Source: Vulcanimicrobiota bacterium
GTDB lineage: Bacteria; Vulcanimicrobiota; Vulcanimicrobiia; Vulcanimicrobiales; Vulcanimicrobiaceae
Direction: 5' to 3'
NCBI GenBank assembly: GCA_963812155.1
Contig: CAWETW010000004.1
Location: 1 to 64,000 of the forward strand
DNA length: 64,000 bases
The position numbers were made by a program, and so were the translations under genes. Shown piece after piece: positions 1 through 11,887 of the stretch; the first letter of the stretch is position 1; each line of letters starts with the position of its first letter. Below the pieces are notes generated by a model, which saw only the letters and a list, made by a program, of their open reading frames with translations, searched no databases and had not been told where the DNA came from.

Positions 1-9
1 GAGGACGTG

Positions 10-2506
10 ATGCGACGAATTTGCAAATACTAGGCCTTCTCGTTCTGGCGCTCGTTGCGGTTCCGGCGATCGCATGGCTTATCGCCTGGGCCACCGCACC
101 GAAGCCGGGGCACGTTCTCGATGAGCGCTAACGGCCGGGCGTGACGCAACGAGCTTTAAAGCCGCCGACGATGTCATTTACAGATGGATGGCGCCATCCA
201 TCTCGCGCCGGCGGAAATACAAGGCCGCAATACATTTCTCGTTTGGACCGCCGGAAACGATCGGTTTTGGGATCGAGTGGCGACGCTCAGTTTTGGAAGC
301 TTCGATTTGCTCAAGACGTTATCGTCGTATCCGGCCCTCAAAGTGAACCGGGACAATCGTTGGGCTATCCTGGGCGTAGTTAACGAACCTTGTTTTGAAA
401 AAGCGACGGCGCCGAACCCTGCCCGTTACGGATTGTGGTTGGACGTTCGTAAGAAAAACTGTCCATTGGATCCATTCGAAAACGAGCAGAAATACCCGGG
501 CGTTGCCGTCGGCGCCCGAGGCAAGAACGTTCCGGTCGGTTCCGAGTACGGATATGCGAGCGGCGTCGTGGGTCTGCGCATTTTTCCCAATCCCGATTTT
601 GACGAGAAGGCCGTCAAGGCGTGGGATCCCGTTAAATACTATGCGGATCCGTCGTACTATAACAGCAAGAACTTGATTCGTCCGTATCGCGTTGGAATGG
701 CTTGCGGATTCTGTCACGTCGGCCCCAGCCCGGTAAACCCGCCGAGCGATCCCAACAATCCCATTTGGGCAAATCTTCGCTGCGACGGTAGGTGCTCAGT
801 ACATGTGGGCAGACCGGATATTCTCGTGGCGGAGCGACCCCTCGAACTTCTTCACGCAACTGTTCGCGACGTGGAGACCCGGCACACTCGACACGTCGCT
901 CGTTTCCACGGATAACATCAACGATCCGAGAACGATGAATGCGGCATATGACGTCGGGCCGCGCTTGGAACAGGGCCTACGTTTAGCTCACGAGCAACTG
1001 GGGGGCGGAGGGCTCGACAATCGTCAGATCAACGACTTTATCACGTCGGGTTTATTCACGAAGTTTTATAAGGCACCAAAGGACGTCTGGGTAGCGCATG
1101 TTTTAAAGGATGGTTCCGACTCCGTTGGGATGCTCGGCGCACTCAGTCGAGTGTATATTAACATCGGTACGTTTAGCGAAGAGTGGCTACTCCACTTTAA
1201 CCCGATCCTCGGCGGCAAGCCGGTGAGTCCAATACCGATTCGCGTATCGCGGGCACACTCGGCTTTCTACGCAGCAACCGAGAATCAAACGATGAACGCG
1301 GCGCTCTTCTTGCTCCGAGCGAGCCGCGACCTCGACCACTTGCGCGATGCCCCCGGCGGTTCCAAATATCTCACCACGGATCGGCGCGTGCTGATGCGAG
1401 GCAAGATCGTATTTGCCGAGAATTGCGCGAGTTGTCACTCGAGCAAGCTCCCCGACTCGCCGCTTCCCGGACTCGGCTCGAGCGACTGTATCGGCCCGCA
1501 GTACCTGGACTGCTTCAAGAGATACTGGGGATGGACCAAAACACCGCAGTTCAAAGCCCAGATGCGCAGTATCGTTTTGGCGCCCGACTTTTTGAACGAT
1601 AATTTTCTGTCTACCGACGTTCGCGTGCCGGTTACGCTGCTGCGCACCAACGCATGCAGCCCGCTGGCCACGAATGCAACCGCCGGCAACATCTGGGACA
1701 ACTATTCATCGCAATCGTACAAACAGCTCCCCTCGGTCGGAACGATTACCTGGTACGATCCTTATACGGCGCAACCGCACCGATACCGGATGCCCGCCGG
1801 TGGTCGCGGTTACACGCGACCGGCGTCGCTGATTGCGCTCTGGTCCACCGCTCCGTATTTGCTCAATAACAGCGTTGGAGGTCCGTTTGACGCCAGTCCT
1901 TCCGTCGACGCGCGCGTGAAAATCTTTCAGGAATCCATCCGTGAGATGCTTTGGCCCGAGACGCGAGTGCACGATAGCGTCAACGGAAAAAGGCTACCCG
2001 GTCATATCGATCGCACGACGGTGCGATCGTATTAGTGGTGCCGAGAGGCTATCTTCCCGACGGGTGCGCTGGCTTTCTCCAGGCAGATGTTTCCATGGGA
2101 CGTTTGGCAGCGGAAAGCAATCCCGGGCCTCGAGATCGGGCCCATTCCTGCGGGAACGCCGGTCGACCTGATCGCAAACATTCGTTTGGGGGCAGAGGAC
2201 CTCACCGGATCGGACCGTTCGGACTACGAGAAGAACGCCGCAGTCTTGATTCCAAGGTTACTAGCCGACTTGTCGCGTCTCTCGAGCGCTACCGATGAAC
2301 GAGCCCGCATGACCTTCAAGAACATTTATCCGAACCTGTTGGCCTTGAGCAAATGCCCCGATTTTGTGGTCAATCGCGGTCACTATTTCGGCACGTCGGG
2401 AGACGCGATCGCCAATAAGGAACCCTCCGAGCCAGGCCTGGACTCAAGCCCAGGGCTCAGCGACCAAGATAAACGCGCGCTCATCGAGTTCCTGAAGACG
2501 TTTTGA
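10..2506 (+). CDS. Exported di-heme cytochrome c protein (RoxA/CcP-like C-terminal motif); one gene split by several indels
   Basis: N-terminal hydrophobic segment; CxxCH motifs CGFCH (ORF 184..915) and CASCH (ORF 803..2035); motif ASLIALWSTAPYLLNNSVG; ORFs 184..915, 803..2035 and 2087..2506 join by single-base shifts. Confidence 0.7.
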
Positions 2507-2521
2507 GAGGCCGGCGAATTT

Positions 2522-3186
2522 ATGAAGGTTGCCGTTCCGTCAGTGCTTGGTATCATTTGCTCGGCCTTTAGAGATGGATGGCCACTGCTTAAGCGTCATG
2601 CCGCCGGCGCGATCGTACTCGCCATAATCGGTATAGGATTGGATATACTCACGACGCAGACACCGCTGCGCAGCGGCATCAACCTCGTATCCCTCGTTGC
2701 ACAAACCATTCTCGCTTTTGTATTCACCTACTTTGGCGCGACCGCAGCAACCCGCACCATCAATCCAGCGTATGGCGTGAGCGCTGGTGGATTCGTTAGG
2801 TTCGTCGCTCTTCTCGTTGCCGTAGCCCTGTTGACGGTTGTCGGACTGGCAGCGCTCGTTGTGCCTGGTTTTTGGCTCCTCGGAAAGTTGTGGCCCGCGC
2901 CGTACGCTTTGCTTCTCGGATCGGAGAAACCGTTCAATGATTGCTGGCGGACGACAACGGGCGCGCATACTGGAAAACGCTCGGCATCCTTTTGCTCGTT
3001 TTTACTTTGAATTTCGCCGTCGTGCTTCTCAACCTCGGGCTCACCCGGCTTTGCGCCAACTATCCAATCCTCGTGACCCCGGCTTACGCTGTCTATTGGT
3101 TCGTACTACTCTGGAGTCTCTTTGTAGGAGGGCTTGCCAACGTGCGATGGACGCACGCCCTTCTTGCGCGCGCAGAGTCCCGTTAG
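2522..3186 (+). CDS. Integral membrane protein (frameshift ~2960)
   Basis: Hydrophobic helices continue from ORF 2522..3010 into ORF 2941..3186. Confidence 0.65.
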
Positions 3187-3197
3187 AAGCGCACCTG

Positions 3198-5052
3198 GTG
3201 AAGCGACTCTTTCTCGCTTCGGCGGTCCTTGGACTTGCGACGGCCTGCAGCAGCCGAAACGTCGAATCGCCCAGGTGCATGCCCCAGGCGATGACGCCCC
3301 CGTCCGTTTCACCCACTGCGAGTTTGCGATCGTCGCCGGCGCCGACAGTGTTGCAGAAGGCCAGCGCAGTCATCAGTGCAGCCGACGGCGGGTCGATCCG
3401 AATACCCAGCGGGAGCGTACGTTTTCCCGCGCATACCTTCAGTTCCAACACGAGCGTGACGCTCGAGCTCTTATCTGCTCCTGACGCGCAACCCATTAAT
3501 TCGGCCGTCGATGCAAAAGGTCAGATGATGGCCTTAGTCATCGGTTCGCCTGCTACTCGTCCGCAGGATTCGCAAAGCTCTTCCAAGCGTTCGACTCCGC
3601 AACTCGATCGGGAGTCGGTCGTGGTTACCCAGTCGCTGCCACGCAACGAGCGCAGTTACAGCTCCCGGCTTGCGCCTCAGGTCGAGTTTAACGCCCCGAA
3701 GCTCGGCCCGGTATGGATGGACTTCGGCGGTAAGGTGAAGGGCCGGACGGCGACGCTGAAGGTGCCCGCTACCATTCTCGCCGAGGCGGCGGGCAGCACG
3801 CTGCGGTTTATCCCGGTTGACGACCTTGCACCGCCCAACGCGTACTACGGCGGGTTGGCGTTGGTCAAAGGCTCCTGGCAGCACTTCGATGCTTCGACTG
3901 CGCCAACATGCGCGCACGGCGCCCACCACGCGATCGTCTTCGTCCACGGCATCCTTAGCTCGATCGAATCCCCCCGCTGCATTTCCGCCTGCCAAGGCGC
4001 AAGCAATTCAAAACGCGGGGGGATACGATGCGGTGTACGGGTTTGATTATCAGTGGTGGCTGCCGCCGAACGTCGTTAGACGGCACTTGGCACGCTTCCT
4101 CAACGACCTGTATAAGAAGGGCTACTTCGATGCCTACGATCTGGAGGCTCACAGTTATGGCGGTGTCGTCTCGCTGTTTGCGCTTTCGAATCCGTCACCC
4201 CGAAAGCAGACGGTCTCGCCGCTGAACTTCATAACGTTAGGCTCGCCTTTGGGCGGAACTTCCGCCGCAACGTTGGACTACTTGAAATCGGTGCTCGAAA
4301 ACAACCAAGGCATCTTTGGATCGAACGCCGAGCTCATCGAATCGGCAAACGACGGCATGACCGCAAGTCTTTCGCCCACGAGCGCGGAGCCGGGCGGTAT
4401 GCTTTATCGGGCCGCGGCAGCGGTTTACCCGAACTATGCGCCGGCGAGGACGATCAAAGTTGCCGGCTCGGCACCCTTCGCCGTAGACGCGGCGTTCGGC
4501 GCCCTAAAGTACCTTCAGCTGATAAAGCTTTTTTTCGCTGGAGAGTATGACGGTATCGTCACCACGGACAGCGCGCTTTCGCCGAACCTGCCGACGTCGC
4601 ACCAAGCCGCATTTGCTCTTTGGCACTGGGAGCTTACGGGCAGCCCCGGCGTCATCCATTACGTCGCTTCGCAACTTGAGCCCGTTCCGCAGTGGAACGT
4701 TTCCGCCGTTGGTTCGACGCGTCGAGCCGCACCAGCGCCACCGTGTCGCTCGACGCAAAACGTCTTGTGTATCGGGCTGTACCGCGGAGAGACGGAAAGC
4801 GTGCGCGTCAGCGACGCGACCGGCCAATACCACGGCCCAATGGTTGCCGTCGTGCAGGCCCCCTGCCCGTACGTGCACGTCACCGTCGCAGGTTCCCCAG
4901 GGCCCTCGCGGCCCGTCACGGTTTCCTTCAATGCTGCGCCGGCGACGGCGGCGGCGTGCAAAGTGACGTTCAAGAACTGGGTTACGGGGAATCCGCTCCC
5001 GCCATTCAGCCGTTCGCCTGAGATCGACATCCGCGCCGGCTCAACACCGTAG
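3198..5052 (+). CDS. Lipoprotein with alpha/beta-hydrolase (lipase/esterase-like) domain (frameshift ~3970)
   Basis: GTG start and lipobox LATAC; IVFVHGI, nucleophile elbow AHSYGG, ITLGSPLGG, DGIV, WH. Confidence 0.7.
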
Positions 5053-5077
5053 ACAAAAAAGCGAAGACCCGAGCTTT

Positions 5078-5112
5078 AAGGAGACCGAGCGCGATTGCGT
5101 TCGGCCTCCCTT
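5078..5112. terminator. Hairpin between convergent genes
   Basis: GGAGACCGAGCGC-GATT-GCGTTCGGCCTCC imperfect inverted repeat. Confidence 0.4.
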
Positions 5113-5143
5113 GCTTACCAGCACGAATTCTTGTTTTTACGAT

Positions 5144-6272
5144 CTAGCGAGGAATAAGTGGCGGCGTGACCGCGATGTCCGACGGCAGTCCCCTATGTAT
5201 TCCCTTATGTCCGCCATGAAAGACCGGAATTTCGTTGATGGGCGGCCCACCCTGTGGATACACATATTCGGTGGCGCGTGCAACGAGAAAGTCCGCGATG
5301 TAAAAACGTGAACCCGACGCTAAGAAGGCGAAGTCTTCCGGATACTTCGCGTGCCGGAGCCAAATCGAAGCAACTGGATTGCCGAGAACACCGTTCTTGG
5401 GATGCGCGTACGTCTCCAAGACTACGTTTTTGAAATTCTTGGCTAGGTTGATGAGCGTGAGTTGGTTCATCTTATTTATCTTGATGCCGCTGCCGTACGT
5501 CGGCTTTGTCAGCGTCAGGAGCCGCAAACGTCGTCGCGCCACAGCCACCCTTGACCTCGCCGATGATGTTGCCTCCTCCCGATGATGCGTCGCTTCGCCC
5601 GGCGACGAAGAGGTTGCCGTCGCGATCGAAGGTCGGCGTGTCCAAAAGCGCGACGCTCGATGGGGCCAACACGGTCGTACACGGTTGCGTTGTGCCCGGA
5701 GCATAAAACGTGACGCTTGCAGTCTCCAGGCTGCAACTTGGAGCGCTGCAAATGTTCACTGCAGCAACGACCCCAAGCCTCGATATGGCGACCCGATAGG
5801 GGAACTGCCCGGTGTCGTCCAGGATCATGCTCGGGCCGCTGGTATACGGGGGCGCATAGACCGGCACGCTCTGATTGAGCGGGATATAGACGTTTGCCGC
5901 CCGGTCGGTCGCAACGCCAAGTGGCTCGTACAATCCGGTAATTTGCCCGACGAGCTGATTTTGACCGTTTTGAAGGTAGATGTTCACGACGTTGTGGCGC
6001 TCATCGGCGATGAATATCAGCGGCTTTCCGTTGGCGGCCGGGCTGAAGAAGCTTGGCGTTACTGACCCGCGTGGGGTGGAGACCTCGTCAGGCGAAACGA
6101 TGCCATTGCCCGCGCGCAGATATTGCACGGCGCGATCGATGGCTCTGCCCTGCGAAACCAGCGCTTGCCCTTGAGGTGCAGGCGCCATTTGTGGACCGCC
6201 GGAGCATGCGGCAAGCATGACCAGCGCCGCGGAAGCGCTGAAGATGTGGCCGGCTGAGTTGGTTATATGCAT
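5144..6272 (-). CDS. Beta-propeller-like lipoprotein (frameshift ~5520)
   Basis: SD GAGGAG before ATG; lipobox LAAC; NHL-like blades (EPLGVATDRAANVYI, FDRDGNLFV); C-terminus in ORF 5144..5704. Confidence 0.7.
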
Positions 6273-6455
6273 GGAGTTTCTCCTCAGTAGTTCGAGAATA
6301 GCGAACTTCGAAGGGCGAATCGTACCTCCAGGACTGAAGGTTCTCGAAACTCCTGGAGTCGTCGGTTCCCCCCGTTCCATTGTCAGCGGTCGCCGGGAAG
6401 AACTCCAGGCACATCCGTACAATAAATCCATACAAACCCGAAATTGGGGAAGGCG

Positions 6456-6492
6456 AAAAAGCGAAGCCTCCGCGGGTGCGGAGGCTTCGCTT
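6456..6492 (-). terminator. Rho-independent terminator of the TonB-dependent receptor gene
   Basis: Perfect 13-bp stem GCGAAGCCTCCGC/GCGGAGGCTTCGC followed by a T-run on the minus strand, just after the stop codon. Confidence 0.85.
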
Positions 6493-6515
6493 CGTCCTTC
6501 AGGCTGCCAGTGCGA

Positions 6516-9500
6516 CTAGATCTTGATATCCGCCGTTACGAAGAACTGGAACGGGGTCTTTATAGAGTTCGTATTTTGGTTGAACACGTCCGAAGAGTGG
6601 ATTGTATGGGTATTTGACCAGCGGCTGTACGATCGATCCGTTGAATCCGGCCGGATTGTAGATGTTGCCGACGGGGAAGATTTCGCCGCCGTACCCGCCT
6701 GCTACGTATCCGCACACGTTGCCGTTGTTGAACGTCCACGGAGCCTTAGTGCCGCCCCAACAGGTATTGACGAGATTCGCCAGTACGCCGGTGATGGAGA
6801 GCTTCGGGCTGACGTCATACGTCATCTGCAGGTTTAAGCCGATAAAGTTTGGCTGCGTGAACGATCCCAAGCGGATCGAACACTCCCGTGTACGTATCGG
6901 GCACCGCCGCCAATGCAGCACAGTCGATCGCATTATAGCGACCGCCCCCGTTGAAGCCGGCTACGCCTGGCAACACGCCAGTGCAGCCCGCCGGGTCGAT
7001 TCCCGGATTGCTCTGCGGATAGCCGTATTTGCCACCGCCGGCAAAGGTGAGCGAAGGCGTGATCGCCCACTTGTCGTGCTTGTAGTTCAAGATCAGCGAC
7101 GCCGTATATGGGACGCCGAATGCAGCCGCCGAACTGCCGATGCCTCCCGGAAAGATGCTGAAGGTCGGGAAAGCCGTGTTTGGGTCAATGAACGGCTGCG
7201 GATTGTTCCAGTACGGGTTTCCGACATCGGCGGCCGTACAGGTGTAGACCGCGACGCCGGCCGTCGTATAGCACGGCGCCGCCGCCTGGCCGTTGCTGGT
7301 TGCACCGCACAACGACAAGTGGTTGGGGCCGATCTTGCCTACGTATGTGCCGCCCGGCGCGCACGCTTTGGTATAGGCGTTATACGCCGAGATCACTTGG
7401 TTGGTTCCGGCGATGACCGACGAACCGTAAAGGCCCGACGGGATCGAACCGTAGTGAATGTAGGAATTCGTGTACGCGAACGACAGCTGCGCCGCGAATC
7501 CGTTACGCGAGAAATCGCCATCCTGGAACTGAAACTCCAATCCTTGGCTGCGTTGATCGCCGACGTTCAGACCGGAAACAAAACCCGTCTTCTGATTCAG
7601 AAAGAAGTTTTGTATTTGATTCTGAGTCTGCCGCAGGAACGGCGTCAACTTGAGCGACATCTCCGTCCCCGTGAAGTGGTGCTCCCACGAGAGATCGTAA
7701 TTCAGCGATGTCGGGGGAACGATTGGGTAGCCCGGTGAGGTACGTCCGAATGCGTAGAAGTTCGCCGCGTCGTAGGCCGCCAAGTTTTCCTGCAGCGTGT
7801 TGTACTGCTCAAACGCCGCGTTCGGCGCCTCAACGTACCGGCCAAACGAGAAGCGAATGACGTTCCCAGGATTCGCCGTGTAGGTGCCGCTCAGGCGCGG
7901 CTGCCAGATCGGGTAGGTAACGTTTGCGGGTAGATTTTGCCAGTTCGCAGCGTGAAATCCCGACGGGCATGGTTGGGTCGGGTTGCTGATGCCCAGACCA
8001 GCCTTACTCACGGGGGCGCCGCTTACGTTGTTGACGCAGTTGTCGGCGTTATAGGCGTTCGTCCAGAAGTTACGCGCCGCACCGGTATCGGTATTCGAGC
8101 CGATGAAGGTGAAACTGTCGAGACGGACGCCGGCATTGATCAGCCAGCGATCGCTCGGGCGCCACTCGTCCAGGAGCGAGGCCGAGAAGAACCGCGGGAT
8201 GACGTTGTTGTAGGTTGCGTGCAGGCCGTTCTCCGCGAGCAAGTATTCACACGGCCCGGCGCCACACGAGAAGCCCGTTAAGCTCGGCGCCCCGGCAATC
8301 TGTCCGAACGAAAGGCCACCCGAGCCGGGAACCACCGCTCCAGACGAAGTGGTCGTCGCGTGCGTGCTGCACGCGATCGGCGATAACGCGCCCGCCGTCC
8401 CGCCATAGCAGAGGCCGCCGTAAGGATTGGCGGCGCTCACGATCGGCGCCGCGACTTCGCCGCCGACGGCGTAGAACTGGTTGTTGTCGCGGATGCTGTT
8501 GGACGTTACGTATGACGCTTGCGCGCTAATCAAATTCTGCGGGTTGATCTGATTCTGATACTGCACGCTCAGACCGCGCGTGTGTGACGATAGCTCGTAG
8601 TCTGGAGCACAACAGCCCGCGAAGTCCGTATAGAGGGACTGCGGAGCGTTCTGCAGCCAGTCGCTATAGTATGTGTAGCCGTACAAGCGCAAGAACGACG
8701 TCGAACCGAAGTTCTTCGTATACTGCACCTTCACGATCTCTTGGTTGTTCCACCACGCGTCCCGTGCGGAGTCGGGAATGGGCTGGAACGGAGCAGTGCG
8801 ATTCGTGCTGGAAGGAAAGTAGTAGTTCGTCACGCACCCGGCCTGACCGGCGAGAGCCGCACCGGTAAACGTATGACCGACCGCGCTCGGGCACGTCCAC
8901 GTGAGACTGTCGATGTACACGGGTTGGCCGAGGCCGATGTTGTCGGCACACTGCGCTCCCGTGATCCCGCCGCTGCAACCCGCCGTGGACGTGATGTCGT
9001 TGGTTGACGAGTAGAACTGGTTGTGCAACGCCTCGCTGTCCCACAGCAACTGGACGTCGTCTTTACCGGCGTCGTTCTTGTGCGGGATGCCCACGTGGAA
9101 GTTCACCACGGCGTCGCGCGCCGCCAGTGACGAAAGCGCCGATGACAGGTTCGATGAGATTGCCGCGTAGTTGAACGGCCCCATGTAATAGTACCACTGG
9201 CCGAGGCCACCCAAACCGTTGACGGTCGGTGCATACGGAATCGTGTTTCCGCCTGGAATATTGGGACAGGAACCGGTGCAGAGCGACATCGGGGCGCCGG
9301 CGAAGTTATCGAGACTCGCACCGTTTTGATTGTCGACGTAGTTGAAGTCCTGGTTGAACCCGGCGACGCCGACGTAGTACGAGAACAGACGATCGGGCGT
9401 CGCGCCGCCGGCTTCCACCATCGCGCGATGGTAAAACGCCGGAGTGCCGATGCCGAGTTCGCCCGTGGCGTAGCCCGGATACGTACCGGTCTTGATGACC

Positions 9501-10237
9501 TGGTTGATGTATCCCGACAGGCCTTGGCCCTCGGAGTTGGCCGGATTCGCGCCGGTGTAGACTTGGACTTCCGCGTTGCCCAGCGACGAGGCCGAGCTCG
9601 ACGGATAGTTATCGAACGACCGGTTTACCGGAACGCCGTCAAACTCGTAGCCGACTTGGTCGTAATCGCCGCCACGGATCGAGACGGTTTGAAAGTAACC
9701 GGTTTGGTTGGCCGGGACGTACGCGCCCGGGACGCTGGCCACGGCCGAGTAGGCCGAGTTCAGGCTGCCGCCGCCGCCGAGTGCCGAGGCTGCCTTTTGC
9801 GCCGCCGCGTTGACCGAGTAGACGTCGGACGTCGTACCCGATTTCACCAGCGAGCCGGCACCGATTGCGGAGACGTGCGCGATGGTCCTAAGTGCCTTAA
9901 GCAGACGTACCGATACCGTCTGCACGGTATCGGCAAAGACGACTTGTCCGGGAACGCTGATCGATTGGTAGCCGTTTTTGGTGACGGTCACCGTATACGT
10001 ATCTGGCGGTAAAACCAGATACACAAAGCGACCGGCCGCGTCGGTAGTCCGAGTCGCGGTTTGCGACGGACTTGCGATCGTCACATCCGCGCCGGCGACC
10101 GGAGCGCCGGAATCGGCATCAACGACGCTACCGCTCAAACCACCCGTCGTGCCTGCCAGTGCCCATGTTACCTGGCTAGCGAATGCAACGAGCAGTATCA
10201 GAGCGCTAACGACGTGCCGAATGGCGTATCGTGTCAC
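6516..10237 (-). CDS. TonB-dependent receptor-like outer-membrane protein with N-terminal carboxypeptidase-regulatory-like domain (frameshifts ~6860, ~6590)
   Basis: SD GGAGGA and GTG start; signal peptide; GSVVDADSGAPVAGADV and LPPDTYTVTV; plug-like SIRGG..FDGVPV, GYINQVIKTG; barrel strands (NAGVRLD, PRLSGTY); ends FFVTADIKI. Confidence 0.85.
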
Positions 10238-10644
10238 TGTCGTTTCCTCCGAAGTAATGATTGGCTGGGCGCAATTCGCACAAAACAAATGCGCATGTGA
10301 CAGCGCTTAAAGCAAGTCCAATGTCGCACCTTCGACGCTTGGAATTTTTAAACTTGATACTTTTTTATAATATACGCCGATCGTGTGTTTAAAAGATTTT
10401 ATATTCTTTTAGATGTGCGGATTGCATTCGTCGGCAATGATTGTGCAGTCGAAAGTCAACCATCGCGTTTGGGCGAGACGGATTCACACTCGACTGCTAC
10501 TCGACCACTCGCGGTGCATGAGAAGCCCTGTGAGAAACGGGACTTCTTCTCACGGATAATCGCCTTGACGGCCTCGGCTTGGGAGCCTTGAATCGAACGC
10601 CAACCTGACGGGATCTAGGCTCGCTGCGTCGAGTTGTCGAGCGG

Positions 10645-10653
10645 TGGTATAAT
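10645..10653 (+). promoter_or_regulatory. Extended -10 promoter
   Basis: TGGTATAAT about 30 nt upstream of the ATG at 10685, with SD GGAGG in between. Confidence 0.55.
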
Positions 10654-10684
10654 CACTCAAAACCGTCACGGATTGGAGGAGCCA

Positions 10685-11695
10685 ATGCGTCTATTCAAAG
10701 GTGCCTTAGGAGTCTTCGGTCTTATTGCCGTGCTCGCCGGCTGTAGCAGTGCCGGATCGGCGTTGCAGCCGCTGGTCGCTCAGCGCGACGCGGCGAGCTC
10801 TCGTGTGCCGGTCGGGCAGTCCTGGATTGCTCCCGGCGCAAAAGGCAGCGACCTGCTGTACGTCTCCGACTTGCTGGCGCAGGTCGTTGATATTTATACG
10901 TACGGACATAGCATAAAACTAGTCGGCACGCTGACGGGCTTCTTCAATCCTGAAGGGCTGTGCGTCGATGCGGCGGGCGACGTTTGGGTGACGAACGACA
11001 CGAGTGACGGAGTCCATCAAATTACCGAGTACGCGCACGGCGCCACGACTCCGATCAAGACGTTGAACGATCCTGATGGAAGGGCCAACGGCTGTTCGGT
11101 TAATCCAAAGACGGGAGACCTCGCGGTCGCCGACTTCTGGGGCCCGACCGAACAGATCGGAAATGTGGCGATCTATCCCCACGCAAGTGGTAGCCCCACT
11201 TCTTATTCGAATCCGAGCATCTACTATTACTATTACTGCGCGTACGACGGCGACGGAAATCTTTTCGTGGATGGCGAGACCCAGGGTAGCGTCTTTGGGC
11301 TCGGCGAGCTTCCCAAGGGAGGTCACGCCCTGAAGTTTGTCCCGGTGAACGAAACGATCTACTTACCTGGTGGAATACAGTGGGACGGAAAGTATCTTGC
11401 CGTCGGCGATCAGGTTGCCGTGAAGCATAACTTCACCAGCGTCATCTATCAGTTTTCGATCAGCCACGGCGCTGGAACTGAGGTTGGGACCACCGTTCTT
11501 AGCGGTTCGTCCCAAGTAGCGCAGTTCTGGCTGCCTCGGGTTCGCAACGGCCGCGAAGCCATCAAAGTCATCGGTCCAAATCAGCAGGGAATGGATACGC
11601 TGTTTTGGAGCTATCCGGCCGGCGGTAATCCTATCAGGACCATTTCCGGTGAAAACGATCCGACCGGCGTTACGCTAAGCCTTGCCCCGAAATAG
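10685..11695 (+). CDS. Beta-propeller-like lipoprotein
   Basis: SD GGAGG; lipobox LAGC; blades LLYVSD, PEGLCVDAAGDVWV, YDGDGNLFVDG, GIQWDGKYLAVGD. Confidence 0.8.
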   Translation: MRLFKGALGVFGLIAVLAGCSSAGSALQPLVAQRDAASSRVPVGQSWIAPGAKGSDLLYVSDLLAQVVDIYTYGHSIKLVGTLTGFFNPEGLCVDAAGDVWVTNDTSDGVHQITEYAHGATTPIKTLNDPDGRANGCSVNPKTGDLAVADFWGPTEQIGNVAIYPHASGSPTSYSNPSIYYYYYCAYDGDGNLFVDGETQGSVFGLGELPKGGHALKFVPVNETIYLPGGIQWDGKYLAVGDQVAVKHNFTSVIYQFSISHGAGTEVGTTVLSGSSQVAQFWLPRVRNGREAIKVIGPNQQGMDTLFWSYPAGGNPIRTISGENDPTGVTLSLAPK

Positions 11696-11746
11696 TCGCC
11701 GCTCCGCTGTGATTAGGCGCTATCTGCCGCCGATTCCGTAACGCCA

Positions 11747-11775
11747 TTGACAAAGCTAACAAGGGGGCGCATCCT
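11747..11775 (+). promoter_or_regulatory. Putative sigma70 promoter
   Basis: TTGACA-N17-CATCCT upstream of 11888. Confidence 0.4.
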
Positions 11776-11887
11776 GAGCCCCTAAGGATCCTCTGTGCCT
11801 GACAGCCCCGGCTCCCAGCACGCTCTCTCCTGGCCGCCCCAGCCTTTCGCGCCCGACCCGAAGCACTCGGAGAAAGTAAGAGAGCCC

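Noticed and set aside
2033..2035. In-frame TAG between ORFs 803..2035 and 2087..2506 as possible readthrough or pyrrolysine
   Set aside because: The shifted frame reads VVPRGYLPDG, which looks more protein-like. Two compensating homopolymer indels explain it, and no recoding machinery is visible.
6360..6385. GGAACGGGGGGAACC on the minus strand resembling part of the c-di-AMP (ydaO) riboswitch
   Set aside because: The downstream conserved elements (GGGGUGAAUC, CCCGUCAGCUAAC) are missing.
5056..6466. 11-bp direct repeat AAAAAGCGAAG flanking the lipoprotein gene as a possible target-site duplication
   Set aside because: Short and low-complexity, one copy is part of a terminator, and no mobility gene or terminal repeats are present.
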